Below, in pieces: positions 24,896-36,443 of a stretch of DNA of 64,000 nucleotides. A program made the position numbers and the translations under genes. Each line of letters opens with the position of its first letter. The first letter of the stretch is position 1. The stretch covers positions 744,001 to 808,000 of the forward strand of contig CATNEN010000025.1 of assembly GCA_950097015.1 (NCBI GenBank), written 5' to 3'. The notes below the pieces were generated by a model, which saw only the letters and a list, made by a program, of their open reading frames with translations, made no database searches and was not told the DNA's origin. This DNA is from Macrostomum hystrix. Its lineage: Eukaryota; Animalia; Platyhelminthes.

Positions 24896-27800
24896 TCACA
24901 GCACAGATATGCCCGTAGTATTAGGCAGCAAGCAGGCCAATAGGCCGCCGAGAACCATCAAACCCGCCGCTGAGATTAATGGACCGGCGCAGCCGGCGTC
25001 TATAAGGGCGCCGAACAGTAGGTTGCTTAGCAACGAAGCCACACGGGATAGGGCGCCGGAGAGGCCCAGTGCGGTGGAGCGCAGACCAGTGGGCAGAAGC
25101 TCGGTTGAGACCACGCCGAGAGCGTTCCAACCGCTGGCGGAGAGGCCGGCGAAGGCGCAGGACAGAGCCAGGGCCTGCCACTGCACCTGCACGCTGGCGA
25201 CTAGGAAGACGCTGACAGACGTGAGCAGCATGCTGGCGGACAGGATTGTTCGCCTGCCTAGCTTGTCCATGAGCAGGATCTGCGGAGTGTGGGATATTGT
25301 GGTGAAGTTTATTGAAAGGGAATAATAGGGATATTGGGGTGTGGGATATTGTGGTGTGGGGATACTGTGGTGTGGGGATACTGTGTGTGGGATACTGTGG
25401 TGTGGGATATTGTGGTGTGGGATACTGTGGTGTGGGATATTGTGGTGTGGGGATACTGTGGTGTGGGATACTGTGGTGTGGGGATACTGTGGTGTGGGAT
25501 GTTGTGGCGTGGGATATTGGGGTGTGGGATATTGTGGTGTGGGATACTGTGGTGTGGGATACTGTGGTGTGGGATATTGTGGTGTGGGATACTGTGGTGT
25601 GGGATACTGTGGTGTGGGATACTGTGGTGTGGGATATTGAGGTGAGGTGAGATGAGATGAGGTGTTGAATTTATAGCAGTGAGATTATGAGGATTTTGGA
25701 CACCTGAATGTGGGATATTAAGGAATAATTCAGAAGCCTCGGACAGGCAACTCACAGACAGCAGGTTGCCGGGCAGGTTGCTAGCGTTCACCAGGAAGCT
25801 CTCCATGTAGGGCCTGGTTGCCGCTAGCAGGTTGGGGTCGCAGGCACTGCTGTTCTGGAACGCTCCGCCCGTGCTGGAGTTGCTGCCGGAGCCGAGGCTG
25901 CAGGCTGAACCGCCGTATTGTTCGACCCGTTTGAAGAGCTCCGGGAACCACAGCAGCAGGCCGTAGTAGCCGAAGGCAAGGCTGAAATGCACGGCGAAGA
26001 GCAGCAGGACCGGCCGGCGATAACGGCGATTGAACAGCTCCGCCACGCTGCCAATAACTCGGCCGCAGCGGCTCAGACTGCTGGACGGCGGCCGGGATGT
26101 TGAGCTGCGCATGAACACGCGGACAAAGGCCTGGACGGCAAGGTTTGAGGATGCGGGTATTTCGGGATTATGGGGATGTTGTGGGGACGCAGGGCTTTGG
26201 GCTATGGTGTTCAGGACGTGCGCCTCAGGTCGATGGGGATTCAGCGGTTGGGGTTGGGGTTCTGGGCGAAGTGTTGACTTTAGAAGTACTTTAAAACTCA
26301 CCGGAGATCCGGGCAGGCCGTTGGCAGCGGCCACTCGATTCATCAGGGCTGTTGCCTGCTCCACGCGACCCGTCTGTGTGTTAGCGAGGGAGTACTTTGA
26401 CATCATTAGCATCATTAGCCTGAAGCTCACAATGACAGCATGATTAGCCTGAAGCTCACAATGACAGCATGATTAGCCTGAAGCTCACAATGACAGCATC
26501 ATTAGCCTGAAGCTCACAAAGACAGCATCATTAGCCTGAAGCCCACAAAGACAGCATCATTAGCCTGAAGCTCACAAAGACAGCATCATTAGCCTGAAGC
26601 TCACAACGACAGCATCATTAGCCTAAAGCTCACAACGACAGCATCATTAGCCTAAAGCTCACAACGACAGCATCATTAGCCTGAAGCTCACAAAGACAGC
26701 ATCATTAGCCTAAAGCTCACAAAGACAGCATCATTAGCCTAAAGCTCACAATGACAGCATCATTAGCCTGAAGCTCACAAAGACAGCATCATTAGCCTGA
26801 AGCTCACAAAGACAGCATCACTAGCCTAAAGCTCACAATGACAGCATCATTAGCCTGAAGCTCACAAAGACAGCATCATTAGCCTGAAGCTCACAAAGAC
26901 AGCATCATTAGCCTGAAGCTCACAAAGACAGCATCATTAGCCTGAAGCTCACAAAGACAGCATCATTAGCCTGAAGCTCACAAAGACAGCATCATTAGCC
27001 TAAAGCTCACAATGACAGCAGTACTAGCCTGAATCTCACAAAGACAGCATCATTAGCCTGAAGCTCACAAAGACAGCATCACTAGCCTAAAGCTCACAAT
27101 GACAGCATCATTAGCCTGAAGCTCACAAAGACAGCATCATTAGCCTGAAGCTCACAAAGACAGCATCATTAGCCTAAAGCTCACAAAGACAGCATCATTA
27201 GCCTGAAGCTCACAAAGACAGCATCATTAGCCTAAAGCTCACAATGACAGCATCATTAGCCTGAAGCTCACAAAGACAGCATCATTAGCCTGAAGCTCAC
27301 AAAGACAGCATCACTAGCCTAAAGCTCACAATGACAGCATCATTAGCCTGAAGCTCACAAAGACAGCATCATTAGCCTGAAGCTCACAAAGACAGCATCA
27401 TTAGCCTGAAGCTCACAAAGACAGCATCATTAGCCTGAAGCTCACAAAGACAGCATCATTAGCCTGAAGCTCACAAAGACAGCATCATTAGCCTAAAGCT
27501 CACAATGACAGCATCATTAGCCTGAAGCTCACAAAGACAGCATCATTAGCCTGAAGCTCACAACGACAGCATCATTAGCCTGAAGCTCACAAAGACAGCA
27601 TCATTAGCCTAAAGCTCACAAAGACAGCAGTACTAGCCTGAAGCACACAAATACAGCATCATTAGCCTGAATCTCACAAAGACAGCATCACTAGCCTAAA
27701 GCTCACAATGACAGCATCATTAGCCTGAAGCTCACAAAGACAGCATCATTAGCCTAAAGCTCACAAAGACAGCATCTTTAGCCTGAAGCTCACAAAGACA

Positions 27801-28565
27801 GCATCATTAGCCTGAAGCTCACAACGACAGCATCATTAGCCTGACGCTCACAATGACAGCATGATATTAGCCCATCTGGCAGGCACTCACCAGCAACAGA
27901 TACTTCGGACTCTCGGGTACAAACGGGAACATAGCGGCAGATGTCAAGCTAGGCAGGCTGCACAGAGCCAGAAACAGGCGCCACGAGTGAAACGGCACAC
28001 TGCCGCCAAACAGGCTGAACAGGACCCAGCCTGGCCGTGGCACCACCAGCCAGGCCAGAGCGGCGGTGACAAGGCCGCCAAGCATCCAGCAGCACGATAG
28101 AGCGGCCACAGCAGCGCCGCGTCTCCTACGTGACTGCCACTCGGAATAATAGGAGAATACCACAGGGTAGGAGCCGCCAACGCCAAGGCCGGACAGAACG
28201 CGCAGCAGAAGAAACAACCAGAATTTTGGCGCCAAGCAGGACGCCAAGCCGCCGATGGCGTTCACAGCTAGAGACCACATCAGCGTACCGCGGCGTCCGA
28301 CAACATCGCCGGCTGCGCCCCAGACTAGGCCGCCGATTAGCATGCCGACAAATATAGCAGAATTTAGGGCGCCCTTTTCGAAGCTGGTGAGTTGTAGATC
28401 GCATTCAGCGGCTGGCAGGATGAAGGAGACGCAGACAATCTCTACAGCGTCCGAGGTGCAGGCCCAGGCGCAGAGGGACATTACGGCGAAGTGAAGTCGA
28501 CCGTAGCCGACTCGATCTAGAGCCGTTTCTATGTCCACATCGCCGTCTTTGTTATCGTCCGCCAT
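24896..28565 (-). CDS. SV2: SV2-like MFS transporter, about 558 aa; exons 28565-27891, 26373-25756, 25279-24896
   Basis: SV2-family motifs DAVE..FILP.AE.DL, WG..GD.VGRR, GGS.PVVFSY.SE, FHSWR.F..LC..P, PESPKYLL, LPGN.LS.LLMDKLGRR, WNAL...TEL.P...R.TA.G. All three exons join in phase 0 through GTGAGT donors and CAG acceptors. Confidence 0.92.
25286..25645. repeat. 15/16-bp array (TGTGGTGTGGGATAC)n inside SV2 intron 2
   Basis: Read directly. Confidence 0.93.
26400..27872. repeat. 29-bp minisatellite (GACAGCATCATTAGCCTGAAGCTCACAAA)n, about 50 units, filling SV2 intron 1
   Basis: Read directly; lies within about 20-25 bp of both splice sites. Confidence 0.97.
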
Positions 28566-29056
28566 CGCAGAGTCTTGATAAAATTAACATGGCCTTCAAT
28601 GTTGCATGTTTCTTTTAACAGTACGTAGAACTTCCAAAGGTCAGATTTCTGGCCGAAGGTCAGATTTTTCGCATAAGCGCTGTGCATTGCACCCCTATCC
28701 ACAAATTAGCACTGCGCCTCAGTGCGGCCTTGCCAGGCCTTCAAAATTTATCAGCATGTCACCCGAATGTGCCTGCATCATCTACCTTTATCTAGACGGA
28801 CTGCTGGACCTTCAAGGGCTACAACAGGTGGAACTAGGCCACCATGGACACCCTGACGCGAATTTCTCCAATTTCACTGATCAAGCCTAAATATTAGGCG
28901 CAGCTCAATCACGGTACACCATCGCCTAGTCTGTCAACCAGTCAGTAACCACCCAACGCTGCTAGCATTCGGATGCTGCCAAGAAATGTTTTGGTATAAA
29001 ACGGGCGGCAAAATGGTATTGTAGTCCTACCTTTAAATACTCGTAGATACACAGAA

Positions 29057-29182
29057 ATTAGGCGGCGCTTCTAAAAGCCGTGTACATCTGTTCAGTCCGT
29101 GGACTGGGGAGGATGCCACACTCCCCGAAATTTCTAACCCAGCTGATGCTGCCATTTAATTTACAGCTGCGTGAACTGAAGC
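29057..29182. mobile_element. Copy of a dispersed, roughly 130-bp repeat family with core CTGTTCAGTCCRTGGACTG (other copies near 24765-24830, 45152-45274 inverted, 56954-57040)
   Basis: By-eye alignment of 29057-29182 with the reverse complement of 45152-45274 shows shared blocks (GGCGGCGC, CTGTTCAGTCC.TGGACTG, G.CGCCACA, CCCAGCTGATGCTG, CAGCTG..TGAACTGA.G). Confidence 0.7.
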
Positions 29183-29514
29183 ACTAGGGAGTTGTCAGGG
29201 ACATAAGAGTAAATTGATTCTTTTGGGCTGAGAATCGAACCCCCGATCTCTCGGCTCTACCATCAAATAATTTTTTTTAAATAAATAATAGCAATTTTTG
29301 TTGTTACTCTCTACCTGAAATGAGCGGCTTCTCATCACTGGGCATTTCATCTTCGCTGTGCCCTGGCCCTCCATCGAACATCTTTTATTTAGTGATTAGT
29401 TATAGGACAGCTCAGCGGCAACCGGGAATGCTGCAAATTACGCGATGGTTGTTACTGGCGGCCTCAGTAATGAAAACGTATACACATCAACATTATTTTT
29501 ATAGACGTGGGTTT

Positions 29515-30775
29515 TTCCGTCTGTATGACCAGAGGCAGAATGGGTTTATCTGCCTGTATAACCAGAGGCGGAATGGGTTTATCTGGCTGTATCACCAGAG
29601 GCCGAATGGGTTTATCTGTATCACCAGAGGCGGAATGGGATTATCTGACTGTATCACCAGAGGCGGAATGGGTTTATCTGTCTGTGTAACCAGAGGCGGA
29701 ATGGGTTTATCTGACTGTATCACCAGAGGCGGAATGGGTTTATCTGACTGTATCACCAGAGGCGGAATGGGTTTATCTGACTGTATCACCAGAGGCGGAA
29801 TGGGTTTATCTGACTGTATCACCAGAGGCGGAATGGGTTTATCTGACTGTATCACCAGAGGCGGAATGGGTTTATCTGACTGTATCACCAGAGGCGGAAT
29901 GGGTTTCTCTGACTGTATCACCAGAGGCGGAATGGGTTTATCTGTCTGTGTAACCAGAGGCGGAATGGGTTTATCTGTCTGTATAACCAGAGGCGGAATG
30001 GGTTTATCTGACTGTATCACCAGAGGCGGAATGGGTTTATCTGACTGTATAACCAGAGGCGGAATGGGTTTATCTGACTGTATCACCAGAGGCGGAATGG
30101 GTTTATCTGACTGTATCACCAGAGGCGGAATGGGTTTATCTGACTGTGTAACCAGAGGCGGAATGGGTTTATCTGTCTGTATAACCAGAGGCGGAATGGG
30201 TTTATCTAACTGTATCACCAGAGGCGGAATGGGTTTATCTGACTGTATCACCAGAGGCGGAATGGGTTTATCTGTCTGTATAACCAGAGGCCGAATGGGT
30301 TTATCTGTCTGTATAACCAGAGGCGGAATGGGTTTATCTGTCTGTATAACCAAAGGCGGAATGGGTTTATCTGCCTGTATAACCAGAGGCGGAATGGGTT
30401 TATCTGTCTGTATAACCAGAGGCCGAATGGGTTTATCTGTCTGTATAACCAGAGGCGGAATGGGTTTATCTGTCTGTATAACCAAAGGCGGAATGGGTTT
30501 ATCTGCCTGTATAACCAGAGGCGGAATGGGTTTATCTGTCTGTATAACCAGAGGCGGAATGGGTTTATCTGACTGTATCACCAGAGGCGGAATGGGTTTA
30601 TCTGACTGTATCACCAGAGGCGGAATGGGTTTATCTGTCTGTATCACCAGAGGCGGAATGGGTTTATCTGACTGTATCACCAGAGGCGGAATGGGTTTAT
30701 CTGACTGTATCACCAGAGGCGGAATGGGTTTATCTGTCTGTGTAACCAGAGGCGGAATGGGTTTATCTGACTGTA
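29515..30775. repeat. 33-bp minisatellite (TGTATCACCAGAGGCGGAATGGGTTTATCTGAC)n, about 38 units
   Basis: Read directly; stop-free in several frames, which produces the 487-aa and 373-aa ORFs. Confidence 0.96.
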
Positions 30776-31582
30776 TGAAATGAACTGAAATGAGTTTATC
30801 TAGAGGATCAGTGATACAGTATGGATTTTACCATTGCATCAAAGATGCAGTGTGGATAATATGTGGATAGGCAGTGGTAGTTACGAGTAGCCCCAAGGTC
30901 ACAATGAGAAGTGTTATGTGTCCATAGGCTTGAATCAAGAGAAAGTGAATAGCATTTTGGGCTTCTGAATCTAACAAGGCTAGATTATTCAGCTGAGAAT
31001 CGAAGCAGTTTAAGATACGAGTTCACACTGTCGCAAGTTCTCTGTTATCAGTAAGATAAGAACACACATATGGAACCGTTCTGCAGCGTTACTACAACCA
31101 AAGCAGATACAGTATAGTTACCTATTATCTCAAACTACATACAAAGCATAAACTAGTCCAATGAAAAAATGAGCTTCGGACAGCCAATTCATTTCAGCAA
31201 AAAGATTGCTTACAGCAGTTTATTTGGCTGCAAATAGCACCAGAAAAAAATCAGTTATATATAATCTACTAGTATAAATTTAATCTATCAATAAAAGCAG
31301 GCATCAGGCCAATCAACCGGAATTACCAACACACATTAAAAAGTTATGAAAGAACAAGCTTCAGACAAAATTTTCTCTTGGCTTATGTCGACAAACTTTA
31401 ACTAAAATAGACATAAAGGCTTCTATATATTGCACACAATATACTCGTACTCGTACTAAACTAGATTTGGATTTGAAAAAACTAGCAATTAAAACAAAAA
31501 ATACCAGACATAGCAATTAGTGCTGTCATGAATTTATGATGTAATTGCTAAAGAATATTTTAGCTTATTCTGTTTGTTAGTA

Positions 31583-34567
31583 CTACATCGGCTCATGAAA
31601 AGGATAGTACTTGTGGTGATCGACCCTGAAACGATTCAAACGGATGCTTAATTAATTAATTAATTAATTAATCTGCTTTCGGAAAAGGGACTTGGAGGTT
31701 GTGTTTTTGGAAGAGAATCTTGGGTGTTGGGTTTTGGGAAGAGAAGCTTGGGCGTTGGGTTTTGTTTGGGAAGAGAATCTTGGACGTTGGGTTTTGGGAA
31801 GAGAATCTTGGGTGTTGGGTTTTATTTGGGAAGAGAATCTTGGACGTTGGGTTTTGGGAAGAGAATCTTGGGCGTTGGGTTTTGGGAAGAGAATCTTGGG
31901 CGTTGGGTTTTGTTTGGGAAGAGAATCTTGGGCGTTGGGTTTTGTTTGGGAAGAGAATCTTTGACGTTGTGTTTTGTTTGGGAAGAGAATCTTTGACGTT
32001 GGGTTTTGTTTGGGAAGAGAATCTTTGACGTTGGGTTTTGGGAAGAGAATCTTGGGCGTTGGGTTTTGGGAAGAGAATCTTGGGCGTTGTGTTTTGTTTG
32101 GGAAGAGAATCTTTGACGTTGGGTTTTGGGAAGAGAATCTTGGGCGTTGGGTTTTGGGAAGAGAATCTTGGGCGTTGGGTTTTGGGAAGAGAAGCTTGGG
32201 CGTTGGGTTTTGGGAAGAGAATCTTGGGCGTTGGGTTTTGGGAAGAGAATCTTGGGCGTTGGGTTTTGGGAAGAGAAGCTTGGGAGTTTATTTTTAGAAA
32301 GAGGACTTTTGAATTTGTGTTTTGGAAAGAGGTCTTTGGGACATCTGTTCTTGAAAGCCAAATTTTTACTTACCTTTTTGTTATTTCAGTATTATATTAG
32401 TAATTAGTTCTGAATGCCAGACAACTTACCAGGTGAGTGAGACCGCTCTGTAGTCCTTATTAAATTCAGCAATCTGGTCCACCTCCTCCTTGGTGAGTGA
32501 AAAGTCTAGCACCTAGAAAGCAGCGATAAAGTACAGCAAATCTTAGAGTACTTTATCTTTGTGTCTTATGTAATTGCTTAAGATAGATCTAGTTAAAATC
32601 CTAAAGTGGCTCACATTTAGATTTTCTCGCAGCCTTTCCGACCTGACCGACTTAGGAATGACTCCGACTCCGCGCTCCAACTGAAATCTCAGTAACACCT
32701 GAGCAGGAGACTTGCCATATTTGGCACCAATCGATTTCAGTAGCGGCTCCTCCAGCAGCTGTGGATCGCCAGGCTTAGCCCATGGCCGTTGGGGACTTCC
32801 CAGAGGGCTGTAGGCGACCACAGCCAGGCCAGCCTGCTGAGCGAATTCAATTAGGCGCCGATTCACCAGGTAGGGCGAGCTCTCAATCTGCAGGCAGGCC
32901 GGTGCAATGCGGCTGCCAGACAGGAGTCGGCCTAGCTGCTCCCGGTTGAAATTGGACACACCGATGGCCTTCACTAGGTCTTCGTCAACGAGCTGCTCCA
33001 TGGCCTGGTTTAGAGCCGGTCAAGGATTGCTTTGTAGTGGGTTCTAGTGCCGTTACCATTCTTCTCCATTCCGAGACTCCACCTCCCCCATTGTCTCTCT
33101 CTCTGCTTGCAGTGATTTCGTCTCTCTTTCTTTCTCTCCATGCTGTGTTGCTGTCTCTCATTCTTTCTCTCCAAGCAGTGATTCTGTCATTACTGATCAT
33201 AAGTAATCAAAGGAAATGCCCTTTACCTTCCACGTGTCCAAGTAGTCCACCTCAGAGAAAATAAACTTCCCGTTTTCATCCTTTGGGAAAAACTCTTTTT
33301 CCTCCTGTAATTGGTAAGGAACAATTAAAGCAAAATACTAACAAGTAAAAATGTTAAAAATTGCAACAATTATGATTGCTTAAGAAATAGAAAACATACA
33401 ATATAAGCCATTGGCCAGTGAATCAGATACAAGTCCAAGTAGGAAAGTTTAAGATTCTCGAGCGATTGTTTGTAGGCCACCTTGACCAAATCTGGCCTAT
33501 GGAATGTATTCCAAAGCTTGCTGGTTACAAAAAGATCTTCACGACGAACTACACCCTCATTAATCTTGGCAGAGATGGCATCTCCAACTTCATCTTCATT
33601 GCCATAGGCTGCTGCACAGTCGATGTGCCTATAGCCAATGTCTATGGCAGCCTTAACAGCAGCACAAACTTCTCCTTTAGGGGCCTAGAAATGTGAGGTG
33701 GGTCACATAGTAAGTAAACCAACCATTAAAATACTTAACAGAAATACATGATAAGCATGTGTATAGCAATTATTGATAATTGACACTATAATTTGTAGCA
33801 AATATTTTCTTAAATTTTTTTTATAATTTGCTATTACTTTTTTCTGAAAAGTTATTAATACTGCTAGTGAAAAAAATAAGGCTGAAAAAAGATAAGAAAC
33901 CTCCTAGGTATAAAACTAATAAAGTTACTAAAATACCCATACAATAAAAATATCACTTTTTAAAGCCTCATCTAAACAAAACAAAAGCTAGCTAGAATGG
34001 AAATATTTAAATTCACAATTGAATACATAAAAGCTCCTAGGTCTACTGATAAAATGATATAGTAATTTGTCATATGGCTTAGGAAGCTAATGTAGAAATA
34101 TAAGAAGTTGCTACATAAAAAAGTTGTTTTATAAAACAGACAAAATACAAAATAACTAGCTGGTTTCAATATACAAGGAGGACAGTTTTTAAAAAAAGTA
34201 GCTAAGCTATGTGCTACTAACTTCCTATGGCTATAGTCTGGATCATGTCTATGTCATCCATGCTATAAAATTACATAATGTATCTGCATTGGGCTAGCCT
34301 GTATCAATGTATATTTCAAGGGGTAAGAAAACACCTTGAATATATCGAGTGCATTAAAAAATAAATGTAACAATATCAATCTTATTGTAACAAATTTTTA
34401 CATAAAAACGATGTGACACTTGACTATAAAAAGGAAGACCTAATTATTTAAACTGAGAACCAAATTGCTAGAATAGTTGCAGAAACTCAAAATGACTAAA
34501 TTACCTGCCATGTGCCGACGCCAACTGCAGGTATTTTAAATCCACTTTTCGCAGTGAAATACAACAT
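31583..34567 (-). CDS. AKR1: Aldo-keto reductase family 1 (aldose reductase-like), 313 aa; exons 34567-34505, 33684-33400, 33304-33227, 33004-32615, 32512-32430, 31625-31583
   Basis: Hand translation gives [21 protein letters not shown] / ...[18 protein letters not shown]...[11 protein letters not shown]...[10 protein letters not shown] / ...DYLDTWK / AME.LV..GVSNFN...AYSPLGS...VIPKSV..RL.EN / ...[14 protein letters not shown]. The Asp-Tyr-Lys-His tetrad and IPKS NADPH motif are intact, and all GT/AG junctions are in frame. Confidence 0.96.
31700..32285. repeat. 28/33-bp G-tract array (GGGAAGAGAATCTTGGGCGTTGGGTTTT)n in AKR intron 5
   Basis: Read directly. Confidence 0.93.
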
Positions 34568-36162
34568 TACAATAGAATATAAACTTGATATATTGTATAT
34601 GACGTGTCGATACTTAAAAACTTCTGCAAAGAGCAAATCTCACTCAGACAATTCAATTATTCAATTACCGTGATCAAATCGATTTTTCAACTAGCTGTCT
34701 AAAATCTATCGAATACAATATTTTTATTATTCTATAAATCATTTTTTAATTTTTGCTTTTAACCGTTTTGATTACGAGAATATTTTTGCATAGCGTGTTT
34801 ACCTACTTTATCCGTGTAAGCGTTTTACTTTTCTTCAGTCTGAGGCGATAATTTAAATGTCTTTGTACGTCACGAGTTCTGAGAATTTCTGAAGCCAGCT
34901 ATGTATTTACTAAGCCCAGTGATTAATGATAAATTCATTATTCAATTAAAAATACTACCCAGACAAACATTTAAATGTCTTGTAGTTTTTATTGCATGTC
35001 AATGTTGTTTCAGTTTTATAATCACTTATATATTTAATGATATTAAAAGTTATATTTAAAGAGTAGACAGTTGCTATTTACATCTCATCTAATAAAGTGA
35101 AACTGTATGAATTTAAATTTCAATCAAATGACATTTGACTCATTGACTGTAAGATAAAAATAAGTAGTAATAGTTTAATTATAACTTTCTTACATTGCTG
35201 TTAGATACTAAAAAAGAAAGTTTTTTAATACTAGAATTTTGATGGCTAGGCCCTAGCCGCCCTAGGCCTAGGTCTATGTATTTAGTATTTATAGATAGTT
35301 ACAACTTACAAGTAAAATGGGAACAAATGTATTTTCATACTTTTTTGCTTAAATGTATGTTTTAATGCAGAGAAATTTTATTGCTTTACTTCTCACACTT
35401 GACAGAGTCTGTTTGCAGTACATGAGTAGGCCTACACACACTGTCTTTGGCCTTTTTTATTTGGTAGTTGTTATTTGTCCAGTTAACCCGACAAATAGCC
35501 ATTTGATTATTTGTCCAGTTAATTATTTTATCTTACAAATGATAGAGGTTCTCGTGGTAGTGCTACAACCCCTAATAACTTAGTTAATCACTCAAAAGGA
35601 AAGCCGAGGAGTTGAAATTGTGGTTCTCGCTGTTAATCTGGTTATCGTCCTTCGCTGGTGACCCAGTTGACTTTGTAGAAGTATTTAAATGAGTCGCTGC
35701 AACTTCATGCTTCAAAGGAACTTAGGTTACTCTTTAGTTGGATAAAAATACAAATCAAACAGACATTAGTTAGATATAAACAATTTGGCTTAAAGGGAAG
35801 ATCTCTTCCAGTCTTCCGACATGCATAGTTTGGTGACTTCCTTCTAATGTAGACATTTGGTATGAAATCTAAAATTAACAATAAAATCACTAACCGGACA
35901 AATAATCAAATGGCTATTTGTCCAGTAAATAACAACTGCCTTTTTATTTATATATCAGGATTAACATGTAGCATACCTATATTGGCTATAAGAATAATAA
36001 GGCTATAATGGAGTTTGATGAGGATAGAGTCAGTGCAGTGACTAGTTGTTAGTGGTTAGGCTGTTACAAGATTAACTCTAGTAACACTGGTGAACCTGGG
36101 GGTTCGGAAACAACTGTTTTCCATTTCTATGGGAGTACCTAAACAAAGGATAGTGAAGTGAG

Positions 36163-36443
36163 CATACATGCGCAACACCCGGCCGACCCGGCCGAACCGG
36201 CCGGGTGAAACGAGGGCCAAGCAAGGTAAGTCGCAAAAACCAATAGACCAAGCGCAAAAAAATCAAAGGGGGGACCAAGGGACAAAAAAGGAAGGCGTGA
36301 AGAAAAGGAAAAAGGGGAGAGAAAAAGAGAGCAAATGAGAGCAAACTAAGTCGTAAATAGAGCAATGAAATGAACTAAGTCGCAAATGAGAGCAAAAACT
36401 AAGTCGCATGGCCGGCTAAGATTTGGGAGGTTGCGCATGTATG
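36163..36443. mobile_element. 281-bp non-autonomous DNA transposon (MITE) with 14-bp perfect TIRs and an 8-bp TSD (hAT- or P-type)
   Basis: CATACATGCGCAAC at 36163-36176 and GTTGCGCATGTATG at 36430-36443; flanked by GAAGTGAG at 36155-36162 and 36444-36451; subterminal CCGGCCG x3 and TAAGTCGY x4. Confidence 0.88.

Noticed and set aside
25309-25755. His-rich (IPHHS)n extension of SV2 exon 2
   Set aside because: Read-through into intron 2 past a consensus GTGAGT donor; splicing restores the conserved LPGN.LS.LLMDK motif.
29320-30783. 487-aa CITRGGMGLSD ORF and antisense 373-aa IQSDKPIPPLV ORF
   Set aside because: Variants are mostly non-synonymous (D/V/A/N, I/V, R/K, G/R), and a 4-bp deletion near 29615 shifts the frame within the array; it lacks the coding signature seen at 58 kb.
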